Program-made: the position numbers and the translations under genes
Assembly (NCBI GenBank): GCA_944393395.1
Contig: CALYAB010000001.1
Span: forward strand, 1 to 56,436
Source of the DNA: an uncultured Clostridia bacterium
Lineage (GTDB): Bacteria; Bacillota; Clostridia; TANB77; CAG-508
Reading direction: 5' to 3'
DNA: 56,436 bases
The notes under the pieces: generated by a model
Database searches by the model: none
What the model was told of the DNA's origin: nothing
Seen by the model: only the letters and a program-made list of their open reading frames with translations
Shown: piece by piece, positions 1 to 10,199 of the stretch
Numbering within the stretch: position 1 is the stretch's first letter
How the letters are laid out: each line of letters starts with the position of its first letter

Positions 1-93
1 ACAGGTAGAGCAACAATATATATTGCATTAGGTTTAACAGTATTAGGAACATTAGCTGGAGGATTAGTTCTAATTAAAAAATTTGTTTTATAA
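1..93 (+). CDS. 3' end of a surface-protein gene (C-terminal hydrophobic anchor plus basic tail)
   Basis: Frame 1 is open from the window edge to TAA 91-93. It translates TGRATIYIALGLTVLGTLAGGLVLIKKFVL: TG, a hydrophobic helix and a KK tail, as in LPXTG-type sorting signals. Confidence 0.5.
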   Translation, partial: TGRATIYIALGLTVLGTLAGGLVLIKKFVL

Positions 94-118
94 AATATAT
101 AAATCTGGATAAAATATA

Positions 119-169
119 AATAAGTTTTAATTATTAGATGAAGTATCTAATAATTGAAACTTATTTTTT
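119..169 (+). terminator. Intrinsic terminator
   Basis: 21-nt arms aataagttttaattattagat / atctaataattgaaacttatt (1 mismatch), 5-nt loop, then a T-run, directly after the stop at 93. Confidence 0.6.
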
Positions 170-247
170 GGTTGAATAGGAAACACTATGAAACTTTAAG
201 TTACGCAATTCAAAGTGAAGATAAATATTTTATATTTTATTTTCAAA

Positions 248-300
248 AGAAAAATCAAGTTTTCTCTATTCAAAAAAAAATAACGTTGCACAGAAAAAAA
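248..300 (+). repeat. Hairpin + AACGTTGCACAGAAAAA box repeat, copy 1
   Basis: agaaaaatcaagttttct hairpin followed by aaaaaaataacgttgcacagaaaaaaa. Same box as at 10200, 25301, 42402, 43374(-) and 54551(-). Confidence 0.6.
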
Positions 301-403
301 TTTAAGCTTTTTTAAGAACCTAAATACATATAGTTAAATTAGAAAAGTAAAAAAAGTTCTCGCGAAGCGAATTTTGTTGTGTTATATTATATAAAAACAA
401 TAC

Positions 404-432
404 TTTACAATTAAATTTTGGTATGTTATAAT
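404..432 (+). promoter_or_regulatory. Sigma-A-like promoter candidate
   Basis: tttaca, 17 nt spacer, tataat, about 40 nt upstream of the 475 start. Confidence 0.35.
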
Positions 433-474
433 TTTTTATGATATAAGAAGAATAACTATTAATGAGGTGAGAAT

Positions 475-1380
475 ATGAATCAAATCTTAGCTACTAGTAA
501 TACTAATACTAAGAAAAAAGGTGGACCAGCAGATATAAAAACAGTTGTTAGAGTATTTGCAATAATAATGATAATATTTGGAATATGTATGATAGGAACA
601 GGATCATATGCAATATATAAAGACAGCGAAAGTAAAACAGAAATAACAAAGCCAGTTATAACAGAATCACTTAAAGATGATACTACAGTATTATTAACAG
701 TAACACATGATAAGGCAATAGACAAAATAGAATATAGATGGAATGATGGTGAAGTACAAACAATAACTGGAAACGGAAGAAAATATATAGAACAAGAAAT
801 AGAAATTCCTGGTGGTACAAATACTTTAAATGTAACAGCAATAGATGTTGATGGACAAGAAATTTATACAGACAAAGAATATACTACAGAAGAAGTAATA
901 AACTTATCTGTTTCAGGAAACAAATTAAAGATACAAGCAGAAAATGAAACTGAAATTTCATATATGACATATAGATGGGATGAAGAAGAAGAGCAAAGAA
1001 TAGATATAAATTCAACAACAGTTGATCAAGAAATAGATATACCTATGGGAGAACATGATTTAACAGTAATCTTAGTAGATGTAAATAATGAAACAATAAC
1101 TAAAGAACAAAAAGTAAAAGGAGTAACAAAGCCAACTATAACAGTAGAATTAGATGAAACAAAAGAAAATTATATAATAACAATTACTGATGATACAGGG
1201 CTAGAAAAAGTAGATTTTCTAATAAGAGGAGAAGAAAAAACTGTTACAGTTGAAGACGGAAAAACAGAACTAAAATATAAGTTAGGATTAAAAGAAGGAA
1301 ATGATAACGTATTAGAAATCACAGCATACAATGTTGATGGTATAGCTTCTGATACTAAGAAAGTAAAGGCAAGTAAATAA
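475..1380 (+). CDS. N-terminally membrane-anchored protein with three Ig-like repeats
   Basis: RBS gaggtgag before the ATG and one TM helix (VFAIIMIIFGICMIGTG). Three repeats of about 75 aa (IEYRWNDGE.., MTYRWDEEE.., VDFLIRGEE..). Confidence 0.75.
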   Translation: MNQILATSNTNTKKKGGPADIKTVVRVFAIIMIIFGICMIGTGSYAIYKDSESKTEITKPVITESLKDDTTVLLTVTHDKAIDKIEYRWNDGEVQTITGNGRKYIEQEIEIPGGTNTLNVTAIDVDGQEIYTDKEYTTEEVINLSVSGNKLKIQAENETEISYMTYRWDEEEEQRIDINSTTVDQEIDIPMGEHDLTVILVDVNNETITKEQKVKGVTKPTITVELDETKENYIITITDDTGLEKVDFLIRGEEKTVTVEDGKTELKYKLGLKEGNDNVLEITAYNVDGIASDTKKVKASK

Positions 1381-1439
1381 ATTTAATAAAATTTACCTAC
1401 ATATATTATATATGTAGGTAAATAGATTAAGGGGAAAAA

Positions 1440-2228
1440 ATGGCTAATACTATTTTTTATATACTAACATATTTTGTTATTTATTCATTCCTTGGATGGG
1501 TGCTAGAAAGTGTAGTAAGAACTATTTGTGAGAAAAAAATAATTAATACAGGCTTTCTTATAGGACCCTTTTGTCCAATTTATGGTTTTGGAGCTATAAT
1601 AATGGTATTATTTTTAGATAAATTCAAAAATAATATTATTATGCTATTTCTAATATCATTTATAGTATTAAGCATATGGGAATATATAGTAGGAGTACTC
1701 TTAGAAAAACTTTTTAAAACTAAATATTGGGATTACTCAAACCATAAATTTAATTATAAAGGAAGAATATGTTTAACAAATTCTTTAGCATGGGGAGTTT
1801 TAGGAGTCTTATTTATAAAATATATACATCCATTTATATTAAATATTTTAAGTAATATAGAATTTATATATGTGTCTATAGTAGTAAGTATAATATCACT
1901 TATATTATTAATTGATGCAATAGTAAGTATTATAAAAGTAAAAAATATAAGTGCAACATTAGAGAAAGTAGAAGAGATAAATGAACAAATAAAAGAAAAA
2001 TTATCAGAGCTAAAGGAGAAAGAGAAACTAGTAGCGACTGATAATATTCAAAAATTAATTGACGAAATGAAACTAAAAAGAGATAAAACTCTAAAGAGAA
2101 TATATAAGAGAGCATATAGATTAAAGAAAGCATTCCCAGCAATAGATACAAAAGAATTTACAGAAATATTAAATAAAAAAATTGATTTAAGACATAAAAA
2201 GATAAAAAAAGAAAAAAAGGGTGAATAA
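1440..2228 (+). CDS. Polytopic membrane protein (CmpB/putative ABC-transporter type IV-like) with a coiled-coil tail
   Basis: RBS aaggggaaaaa. N-terminus FLGWVLESV..GPFCPIYGFGA recalled from that family. Lys/Glu-rich C-terminus. Confidence 0.5.
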   Translation: MANTIFYILTYFVIYSFLGWVLESVVRTICEKKIINTGFLIGPFCPIYGFGAIIMVLFLDKFKNNIIMLFLISFIVLSIWEYIVGVLLEKLFKTKYWDYSNHKFNYKGRICLTNSLAWGVLGVLFIKYIHPFILNILSNIEFIYVSIVVSIISLILLIDAIVSIIKVKNISATLEKVEEINEQIKEKLSELKEKEKLVATDNIQKLIDEMKLKRDKTLKRIYKRAYRLKKAFPAIDTKEFTEILNKKIDLRHKKIKKEKKGE

Positions 2229-3154
2229 TATGGTTCAAGAAATTTATATTATTGATGATGATGATTCTTCTATAGTAATATTTAGAGAATTGTTTAAAAA
2301 TGATAAGGAATATAAATTTATAAGTGTAAAATCACAACAAATTGATATTGCATTAAAAAATATTCCATCATTAATAATAATTAACGAAGATGCAATAGAT
2401 AGAGATGTGGTTGGATTGTGTAAACAAATAAGACGAGACGAAGACAACAAAATAACTCCAGTAATAGTAGTATCTTCTAATAGTGATAAAGAACATCGTA
2501 TGAAAATACTAAGAGAATCAATAGAATATTATATTAAAAAACCTGTAGATGAAGAATATCTATATTTTACAGTGAAAAATTTAAATAGGTTATTGTCCAA
2601 TAATAGAAGGGTAAGTCCATTAACTGGATTGCCAGGAAATGTTCAGATACATGCAGAACTAAAAAAGAGATTGGCTAATAAGGAACCATTTTCTGTATTA
2701 TATTTAGACTTAGATAATTTTAAGGCGTATAATGATGTATATGGATTTTTAAAAGGAGATCAAATAATAGAATTTACAGCAGATACAATATTAAAATCAT
2801 TGCATAATAATTTAGAGGAAGAAGCATTTATACGGACATATTGGTGGAGATGATTTTGTAGCAATTATACCATCAACAAGCTGTGAAAGAATATGCCAAA
2901 ATATTTTAGCAATGTTTGACAACCAGGTGGGAAAATTTTTTACAGAAAAGGATTTAGAAAAAGGATATATAGAAGTAGAAAACAGAAAAGGAATTGTAGA
3001 ACAATTTCCACTAACCTCTCTTTCAATAGGAGTTGTTGTCGTTGAACCAGGAAGATTTAACAATATACTTGAAATTGGAGAAGTAGGTGCACAAGTAAAA
3101 CATGCTGCTAAATCTGTAATGGGAAGTAGTTATGCAGTAGATAGAAGAAAATAA
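2221..3154 (+). pseudogene. Response-regulator receiver + GGDEF diguanylate cyclase, frame broken at in-frame CGG 2833-2835
   Basis: Frame 1 gives the receiver domain and FKAYNDVYGF..EEAFI, then cgg and a stop 6 codons later. Frame 2 from 2834 continues GHIGGDDFVAIIPS...SLSIGVVVV to 3154. The likely true start is ATG 2230. Confidence 0.8.
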
Positions 3155-3219
3155 AAATTTTACAGAATAAAAATATAAGTGTAACATATAAATATAATAA
3201 AAACTTTAGGAGATATAAG

Positions 3220-3952
3220 ATGGAAAAGATTATCAAAAAAAGAGTTTTTATTATATTTTTTGCGTTTATGATTAGTTTTAGTGTATACATAGGTCAGAAA
3301 AATACAACTAATGAAAAAAGAGAAATAGGAGATGCAGTTCAAGTAACAGCATTGCCAATTTCAGGGAAAACTGTTATACTAGACGCGGGGCATGGTACAC
3401 CAGATCAACGGCGCTGAAAGTAAAAACGGAACAACAGAAGCAGAAATCAACTTAAAAATAGTATTAAAAATTCAACAACTTTTAGAACAATCAGGTTGTA
3501 CAGTAATTCTCACAAGGTCAGATGAAAACGCAATATATGATTTAGATTCAAAAACATTAAAACAAAAGAAGATTTCAGATATACATAACAGAGTAAAAAT
3601 TGGAAATGAAAGTTCAGCAGATATATTTGTTTCAATACATCTAAATAAAATAGCACAACAACAATATTATGGATGGCAAACATTTTACAACACTAAAACA
3701 GAACAAAGCAAAGAACTTGCAGAACAGATACAAACAAATTTAAATGAAACTATACAAAAAGAAAATAATAGAATTGCTATGAAATTAGATACAGTATATA
3801 TAATGAAACATGTAGAAATACCCATATCAATTGTAGAATGCGGATTTCTTTCAAATCCACAAGAAGAACAAGAATTATTACAAGATAATTATCAAGATAA
3901 ACTGGCATGGGGAATATATAACGGAATAATAAGTTATTTTGAAGAAAAATAA
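3220..3952 (+). pseudogene. cwlD: Germination-type N-acetylmuramoyl-L-alanine amidase (CwlD-like), frame broken at in-frame CGG 3409-3411
   Basis: Signal anchor then VILDAGHGTPDQ in frame 1, followed by cgg cgc tga. Frame 2 from 3410 continues GAESKNGTTEAEINL...VSIHLN...VECGFLSN (amidase_3 motifs). Confidence 0.75.
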
Positions 3953-4014
3953 GTAAGCAAATATGAAATTTAAAATGTAAAAATGATTAATAGTAATAAA
4001 AGGGGGAATATAAA

Positions 4015-4530
4015 ATGAATGAAAAAATATCAATAAGGAAAGTAAAATATGAAGATATAGAGCAGATTGTAGATATAAATATAAAAGATTGGAAAAAGGT
4101 ATATAGAGGGATAATCGATGATGATATTTTAGATAATCTTAATGGAGATAAAAAGATAAAAAAGTGGAAAAAACATTATAATATTGGAAATGTAATTGTG
4201 GCAGAAAAAGCTGGAGAAGTAATGGGATATTGCAGATATGATGATAATGCAGTATATGAAAATAGAGATATAGACTCAGAAATTATTGCACTATATGTAG
4301 ATTGTGATAAATTAGGAAGAGGAGTAGGAAGAAAACTAGTAGAATACGTGATAAATGATTTAAAGATAAAAAATAAATCTAAGATGATAATATGGTGTTT
4401 GGAAAAAAATAAAAATGCAAGAAAATTTTACGAAAAAATGGGTGGAAGATTAATAGATGACGAAAAATATTTTGAAATAGAAGGAAGAACATATAAAGAA
4501 GTTGGATATATTTATGATATTAAGAACTAA
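4015..4530 (+). CDS. GNAT family N-acetyltransferase
   Basis: LYVDCDKLGRGVGRKLV (Q/RxxGxG/A acetyl-CoA motif) and ..NKNARKFYEKMGG. Confidence 0.75.
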   Translation: MNEKISIRKVKYEDIEQIVDINIKDWKKVYRGIIDDDILDNLNGDKKIKKWKKHYNIGNVIVAEKAGEVMGYCRYDDNAVYENRDIDSEIIALYVDCDKLGRGVGRKLVEYVINDLKIKNKSKMIIWCLEKNKNARKFYEKMGGRLIDDEKYFEIEGRTYKEVGYIYDIKN

Positions 4531-4542
4531 GGGGTTAAAATA

Positions 4543-5829
4543 ATGAATGTAGAAAAATATTTGAGTAATTTTTTTAAAGGAGCAAAAGATCCATCATTAA
4601 AAGCAATGAAATATTTTGTTGATATTTATAATAATTTTGATAGAAACATGAAATTTATTCATATTGCAGGAACAAATGGAAAGGGAAGTTGTACAGAAAC
4701 AATAAGCAATATATTAATAAAGCAAGGATATAAAGTAGGAAAATTTATATCTCCACATTTAATAAAATATAATGAAAGAATCAGTATAAATGGCAAAGAT
4801 ATTTCTGATAATGAAATGGCAAACATAATAGAAGAATTAAAGCCAAAAATAGAAAACTATAAAAAGACAGAAAAAGTAGATATTACTTTATTTGAATTAC
4901 TAACAATAATGGCTTTGTTGTATTTTTATAGAAACAATGTTGATTTTGCTATACTAGAAACTGGACTAGGAGGATTATATGATTGTACAAATATAATAGA
5001 AAAGCCGATAGTATCTGTAATTACTTCAATTGGTTATGATCATATGGGAATTTTAGGAAATACATTACCAGAAATAGCATATCAAAAAGCAGGGATTATA
5101 AAAAATAATTCAGACACAGTGGTATTTGAGCAAACACCTGAAATAGATAATGTATTTATTGAAGAATGTAAAAGAAAAAATAATAAAATACATATTATCA
5201 AAGAAAGTGATATATCAAATTATAAATTTGACAATAAACTACAGTATTTTGACTATAAAGAAATAAAAGACTTAGCCATAAATTTAAAAGGAAAAATTCA
5301 AATAAAAAATGCTAGTTTATGTATAGAAGTAATGAGGATTTTAAACAAATATGGTTATAAAGTGGATGTAGAAAATATAAGAGAAGGATTAAAAACGGTT
5401 ATCCATAAAGCAAGAATGGAAGAATTAAATAGCAATCCAACAATTATTTTTGACGGAGCACATAATGAACCAGCGATTAAAAATCTACAAAATATGGTCA
5501 AAATGTATTATAATAATGAAAAAAGAGTTTATATAGTAGGAATATTAAAACGAAAAGCTTATAAAGAAATGTTAAAACTGTTATCAAACGATAAAAACGC
5601 ACAATTCATTTTAACTTCTGGCAATGACGAAAAAAGATATATTTCAAAAGAAGAATTATTTGAATGTATGAAGAAATTTGTTGATGAAGATAAAATATGC
5701 AAAAAGGATTTAAATGTTGCTATAAAGGATGCTATTAATAGCGACAACAACACCATAAATTTTATTATAGGAAGTTTTTATACATATCATACGGTTGTTG
5801 AAGAATTAAAAAAGAATACTCGAACATAA
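4543..5829 (+). CDS. folC: Folylpolyglutamate synthase / dihydrofolate synthase
   Basis: Mur-ligase P-loop HIAGTNGKGS, TSIGYDHM, FDGAHNEPA. Confidence 0.85.
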   Translation: MNVEKYLSNFFKGAKDPSLKAMKYFVDIYNNFDRNMKFIHIAGTNGKGSCTETISNILIKQGYKVGKFISPHLIKYNERISINGKDISDNEMANIIEELKPKIENYKKTEKVDITLFELLTIMALLYFYRNNVDFAILETGLGGLYDCTNIIEKPIVSVITSIGYDHMGILGNTLPEIAYQKAGIIKNNSDTVVFEQTPEIDNVFIEECKRKNNKIHIIKESDISNYKFDNKLQYFDYKEIKDLAINLKGKIQIKNASLCIEVMRILNKYGYKVDVENIREGLKTVIHKARMEELNSNPTIIFDGAHNEPAIKNLQNMVKMYYNNEKRVYIVGILKRKAYKEMLKLLSNDKNAQFILTSGNDEKRYISKEELFECMKKFVDEDKICKKDLNVAIKDAINSDNNTINFIIGSFYTYHTVVEELKKNTRT

Positions 5830-5884
5830 AAGATAAAAAAATACTAAAATTATAAAAGAAAGAATATATAGTTAGGAGAAAAAT

Positions 5885-6697
5885 ATGGAACAAGAAAATG
5901 GTATATTTAAGATAGTTACTGAAATAAGTGAAGAACAAAGGAAACAGTTATATACTTTAATTGAAGAATTTGAGGATGAATATAATGAGAAAAACAAAAA
6001 ATTACCGGCTAAGGCTAGTAAGATAAATATATTTCAGAAACTGTTTAATAAGTTTAAGGATAGATTAAGTAAACCAGAAAATCATGAACATAGCAAAAAT
6101 ATGGCAAGAGATATTTTGGAAGGAAAGAAGGAAAACTCAAAATTATTTATGTTATGTGAGGATGATAAATTAGTTGGATTTGAAATGGCTCAAATATCAA
6201 AAGACAAAGATAAAATTGTGGGATGGAAACCATGGTTATATATTCAAAAAGAGTTAAGAAATACGAATCAAGAATTTATAAATGAAAGAGGCGAAAAGGA
6301 AAAACAAAATGTAGTTTTACACCTAGACAGAAGCGTAGAAGATTGGTTTGCAGAAAATGGAGTTAATTATCAAAAAACAAGCACAGGAATAAATATGCTA
6401 CCAAATATAGTTGCATATGTAGGATTGGGATTTAAGCCTGTAAGTAAAAATAGAAAAACAGTATTTTTAGAGAAGGATATGGAAAATCCATTATCAAAAC
6501 AAGAGATTAGAGATATTATAAAAGAGGCCAAAAAAGGGAATATTTGTGTAGATAAAGAAAACATATTTAAGAAAAGTTTAAAAAGCGGTTTAAGCTTACA
6601 GCAACAAAAGGAAAATAGTGATAAGTTTATGAAAAATAGAGAATTAGAAGTAAAAGAAGATGAAAAAGATAGAGAAAGAAAAAGTATTGAAAAATAA
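5885..6697 (+). CDS. Hypothetical protein (possible GNAT-like core, Lys/Glu-rich tail)
   Basis: Good RBS aggagaaaaat and a long ORF. No motif that I can name with confidence. Confidence 0.6.
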   Translation: MEQENGIFKIVTEISEEQRKQLYTLIEEFEDEYNEKNKKLPAKASKINIFQKLFNKFKDRLSKPENHEHSKNMARDILEGKKENSKLFMLCEDDKLVGFEMAQISKDKDKIVGWKPWLYIQKELRNTNQEFINERGEKEKQNVVLHLDRSVEDWFAENGVNYQKTSTGINMLPNIVAYVGLGFKPVSKNRKTVFLEKDMENPLSKQEIRDIIKEAKKGNICVDKENIFKKSLKSGLSLQQQKENSDKFMKNRELEVKEDEKDRERKSIEK

Positions 6698-6731
6698 GGA
6701 TACTTAGAAAGGGACTATTTTAGGTGGTAAT

Positions 6732-7157
6732 ATGAGAAAATTTAATTTAATAGTTGTATTTAACAAGAAATTAGATAAAGTATTGTTTTGTATTAGAGCC
6801 AAAGAACCATACAAAGGAAAGTATAATTTTGTTGGAGGAAAAGTGGAAGAAGGAGAATCCAACGATTTTGCAGCATATAGAGAATTGTTTGAAGAAACTG
6901 GAATAGCTAAAGAAGATATAGAACTAGAGCATTTTATGGATTTGAATTATTTTAAATATAAAAATAATTTGCAAGTTTATTATGGAATATTGAAACATGA
7001 TGTAAGTTTAATAGAAGAAAAGAATAAACTAGAATGGGTAACTATAGATAAAGAATTATTGGATAATGAAAAATTTGCAGGAAATTATAATATTCCTCAT
7101 ATAATAACACAAATTAAAGTTTATTTGGAAAATGGTGTAGGAATTGATAGATATTAA
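6732..7157 (+). CDS. NUDIX hydrolase
   Basis: Nudix box GGKVEEGESNDFAAYRELFEETGI. Confidence 0.85.
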   Translation: MRKFNLIVVFNKKLDKVLFCIRAKEPYKGKYNFVGGKVEEGESNDFAAYRELFEETGIAKEDIELEHFMDLNYFKYKNNLQVYYGILKHDVSLIEEKNKLEWVTIDKELLDNEKFAGNYNIPHIITQIKVYLENGVGIDRY

Positions 7158-7188
7158 AATAATAAAAAATGATAAGAGGTAAAAAAAT

Positions 7189-7569
7189 ATGAAATGTAGT
7201 TTTAGATATACTTATAATAAGTTGGTTAGAGATAAAATTCCTGAAGATATTGATAATGAACTAGGTAGAAAATGTAAATATAGAATTCTTGATGATACAG
7301 AATATTTAAAAGAATTAAATAGAAAAGTTTTAGAAGAGGCTAATGAATTTATAGAAGAAAATAGTATTGAAGAACTTGGAGATTTAATGGAAGTTATAAA
7401 TGCAATAATGAAATTAAAGGGTTACAATATGAAAGAAGTAGAAAAAGTAATGAAGGCTAAAGAAGAGAAGAAAGGTGCATTTAATAATAAAATTTTTTTA
7501 GAATATGTTGACGAAGAAAAAAGAAATCTAGAAGAGGAAAAAGAATTAAATAAAGATTTTAGGAAATGA
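7189..7569 (+). CDS. MazG-like / phosphoribosyl-ATP pyrophosphohydrolase-like NTP pyrophosphatase
   Basis: YNKLVRDKIPE N-terminus and EExxE..ELGDLMEV helices typical of all-alpha NTP-PPases. Confidence 0.5.
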   Translation: MKCSFRYTYNKLVRDKIPEDIDNELGRKCKYRILDDTEYLKELNRKVLEEANEFIEENSIEELGDLMEVINAIMKLKGYNMKEVEKVMKAKEEKKGAFNNKIFLEYVDEEKRNLEEEKELNKDFRK

Positions 7570-7587
7570 TAATTGAAGAGGTTAAAT

Positions 7588-8151
7588 ATGAGAGTAGGTA
7601 TAATAAACAGATATACATAGTAATATTGTTGCACTAAATGAAGTATTAAAAGAGTTTGAAAAAATAAAAGTTAATAAGATAATCTGTTGTGGAGATATCA
7701 TAGGAATAGGACCAAGTCCAGAAGAAGTAGTACAAGCATTAATGCAAATGAGTGATAAGTTAATAGCAGTTAGAGGAAATCATGAAAAATATTTGTAATT
7801 CACTATCCTATAACTGAAGAAGGGGAATACAAGGGACATATAAAAAATCCTACATTTGAAGAAAATAAAAAAATGTTTAGTCAGGTCAATTCTGATATTT
7901 ATGTATATGGGCATACTCATGTAGCCTGTATAAATAATAAAGATAATAAATGGTTTGTAAATGTTGGTTCATTAGGCTGTCCATTGCAGACTAATGTAGC
8001 AAATGCAGGAATATTAGATATAAAAGATGATAAAATAAATTTTGAACAGTTAGCTATTTCGTATAATGTTGATAAAGTCATAAAAGAAATTAAAAGATTG
8101 AAATTTCCATTTTATGAAGGAATATTAAAAATATTTTATGGAGATAGATAA
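7588..8151 (+). pseudogene. Metallophosphoesterase (YfcE/MJ0936-like), fragmented
   Basis: MRVGIIN then a stop. The next frame gives DIHSNIVALNEV..CCGDIIGIGP..RGNHEKYL and a stop at 7796. A third frame gives IHYPI...YVYGHTHV..NVGSLGCP. There is one +1 break near 7609 (not at CGG) and a probable internal deletion near 7790. Confidence 0.7.
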
Positions 8152-8307
8152 CTAAAAGAATTACTAATAATAAGTTAGTAGTTCTTTTTTTGGTTTCGAG
8201 CAATTAGAAATTTATAATTATAAAAAATAAACACTAATTTTTTTGGCAAGGCTGTTATAACTATTGTAAAAAGTCATTTTTTGTTGGTATAATATAGGAA
8301 ATAAAAA

Positions 8308-8949
8308 GTGGAGTTGTTGAAAATGGAAAATACTATAATTTATCTAATTAGACATGCTGAGACTATTGATGAAAATGGAATTAGAAATACACATGAAGAT
8401 TCTCAAATGATTAATGAAAAAGAAATATTATCAGTACATGGAGAAGAACAATCTAAAAGATTAAGTGAAAATAGAGAATTAAATAATATTGATGTTATCT
8501 GGTCAAGTAGTTATACAAGAGCAAAAGCAACTGCAAAATATATTGCAAGTAACAATAATTTACCTATTAATTTGGATAGTAATTTAAGTGAAAGAAAACT
8601 AGGAGATTTAAAAGAATTAGGAGAATTTATGAAGGACAAAAAAACAAGGGATCCTTCACAAGAACAATTATTAGATAGAAAATTTAAAACTTCTGACGGC
8701 GAGAGTGCAGAAGATACAAGAAAAAGAATGACTAATTTTTTTAAAAGAATCTTAAAAGAATATAAAGGAAAAAAGATTGCAGTTGTAAGTCATGGAGGTT
8801 CAATAAAATTTTTCTTATTAAATTGGTGTGAAGTAAATCAAGATGTTAAATTAGTATATAAAAATATAGACTTAGATATAACAGCTCCTTGTTTATTAAA
8901 AATGACTTTTAGAGAAAATGAATTAGTAAATTTAGAACAAATAAAATAA
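8308..8949 (+). CDS. Histidine phosphatase (phosphoglycerate-mutase) family protein
   Basis: IYLIRHAET catalytic RHG-type motif and VSHGG near the C-terminus. ATG 8323 is the likelier start (RBS aagtggag). Confidence 0.8.
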   Translation: MELLKMENTIIYLIRHAETIDENGIRNTHEDSQMINEKEILSVHGEEQSKRLSENRELNNIDVIWSSSYTRAKATAKYIASNNNLPINLDSNLSERKLGDLKELGEFMKDKKTRDPSQEQLLDRKFKTSDGESAEDTRKRMTNFFKRILKEYKGKKIAVVSHGGSIKFFLLNWCEVNQDVKLVYKNIDLDITAPCLLKMTFRENELVNLEQIK

Positions 8950-8970
8950 TAGATAGAAAGGATATAATAT

Positions 8971-9351
8971 ATGGAAAAGGCAAATTATAAATACTATTTA
9001 GGAAAGAAAGTCAAAGTTGTTATGGATAGACCAATGGGTTCTAGACATCCTGAGTGGAACTTTATATATCCAATTAACTATGGGTATGTTCCAAACACAA
9101 TTAGTGGTGATGGTGAAGAATTGGATGCATATATAGTAGGAATATTTGAACCAGTAGAAGAATATGAAGGAAAATGTATAGCTGCAATCCATAGATTGTA
9201 TGATGATGACGATAAATTAGTCATTGCTCCTGAAGAAAAGATATATACTAAACAACAAATTGAGGCATTAGTAGAATTTCAAGAAAGATTTTTTGAACAT
9301 GAGATTATTGAAGAAATACACAATATAAAGGATAAAGGAGAAGAAAAATAA
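8971..9351 (+). CDS. Short inorganic-pyrophosphatase-like protein
   Basis: YPINYGYVPNTISGDGEELDAYIVG and DDDDKLV resemble the family I PPase core. Confidence 0.55.
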   Translation: MEKANYKYYLGKKVKVVMDRPMGSRHPEWNFIYPINYGYVPNTISGDGEELDAYIVGIFEPVEEYEGKCIAAIHRLYDDDDKLVIAPEEKIYTKQQIEALVEFQERFFEHEIIEEIHNIKDKGEEK

Positions 9352-9352
9352 G

Positions 9353-10015
9353 ATGAAATATAAATACATATTTTTGGATTGGGGATATACATTAATCAGT
9401 AAATTTGAAAATGTTGATAATAAAATAAATAAAATATTAGAAAAATATAATTTAAAATGGGATGATATATTTAGAAAATGGAAAAACTATCAAATTTTAA
9501 ACTCTCTAGGAAAGGTTACAGAAAAAGAAATATATAAAGATTTATCATCAATCTTAAATATAACAGAAGAAGATTTAGAAAAAATCGATATGCTATTATT
9601 AGAATCTCATATTTTAGATGATGAGACAAGAGAGACGATTGTTAAGTTATACGAAAAAGGTTATTATTTAGGAATTATAAGTAATAATTCTATTAGAAAT
9701 GTTGAATATATTTTAAAACGTGAAGATATAAGAAAATATTTTAAAAAAGTAGTTATTTCAGAAGAAGTAAAAGAAAGAAAACCAAATTTAAAAGTATATA
9801 TGAAAGCATTTGAAGAAATTCCAAAAGAAGAATACAATAAAATTGCATTTGTAAGTGATGAACTACTAGAAGATTTATTAGGAGTAAAAGTACTAGGAGT
9901 AAAGACTATATGGTATGAGCAAAATATAAATAACAAATGGAAGAAAAAAGAAGAAGTTTTAATTGAGCCAGATTATAAAATAAAATCAATGAAAGAATTA
10001 ATAGATATTGTATAA
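9353..10015 (+). CDS. HAD-superfamily hydrolase
   Basis: IFLDWGYTL (DxD-type motif I variant), ISNN (motif II), KPN..(motif III), VSDE (motif IV). Confidence 0.65.
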   Translation: MKYKYIFLDWGYTLISKFENVDNKINKILEKYNLKWDDIFRKWKNYQILNSLGKVTEKEIYKDLSSILNITEEDLEKIDMLLLESHILDDETRETIVKLYEKGYYLGIISNNSIRNVEYILKREDIRKYFKKVVISEEVKERKPNLKVYMKAFEEIPKEEYNKIAFVSDELLEDLLGVKVLGVKTIWYEQNINNKWKKKEEVLIEPDYKIKSMKELIDIV

Positions 10016-10199
10016 GTAGTAATTAACTATTAATAACTTTTTATTAAAATTATTTGATATGATAAATAGTTGATTATAAAAATATAAATAACAAATAATT
10101 AGTAGAATTTTATTAAGCTTGTAGTTTTGTGAAAAAAACTACAAGTTTTTAGAATGTGTGAAACAGATATAGATATTGTTTTATATCTGTTTTTAATAT

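Noticed and set aside
480-725. Antisense or alternative-frame ORFs from the track, e.g. 480-725(-), 1930-2151(-), 10473-10856(-), 12279-12668(-), 16396-16857(-), 17804-18004(+), 18780-19235(-), 31639-31980(+), 33334-33687(+), 39528-39938(-), 39978-40316(-), 51415-51942(-).
   Set aside because: All lie inside longer ORFs that have recognisable motifs. They give low-complexity Ile/Leu/Ser/Phe-rich translations with no RBS. These are the shadow ORFs expected in AT-rich DNA.
8195-8212. Shared 12-mer tttcgagcaat(t)ag at 8197 and 36349, considered as another repeat family.
   Set aside because: The match is too short, with no extended flanking similarity. It could be chance, or a fragment of the box family (compare ttctcgcgaagcgaat at 358).
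6732-10015. Run of six small phosphohydrolase-type genes (NUDIX, MazG-like, metallophosphoesterase, histidine phosphatase, PPase-like, HAD) as a possible nucleotide-signalling or defence system.
   Set aside because: Each has its own RBS and spacing, and one is decayed. There is no sensor, effector or mobile-element signature. This looks like a collection of house-cleaning enzymes. Worth a synteny check only.
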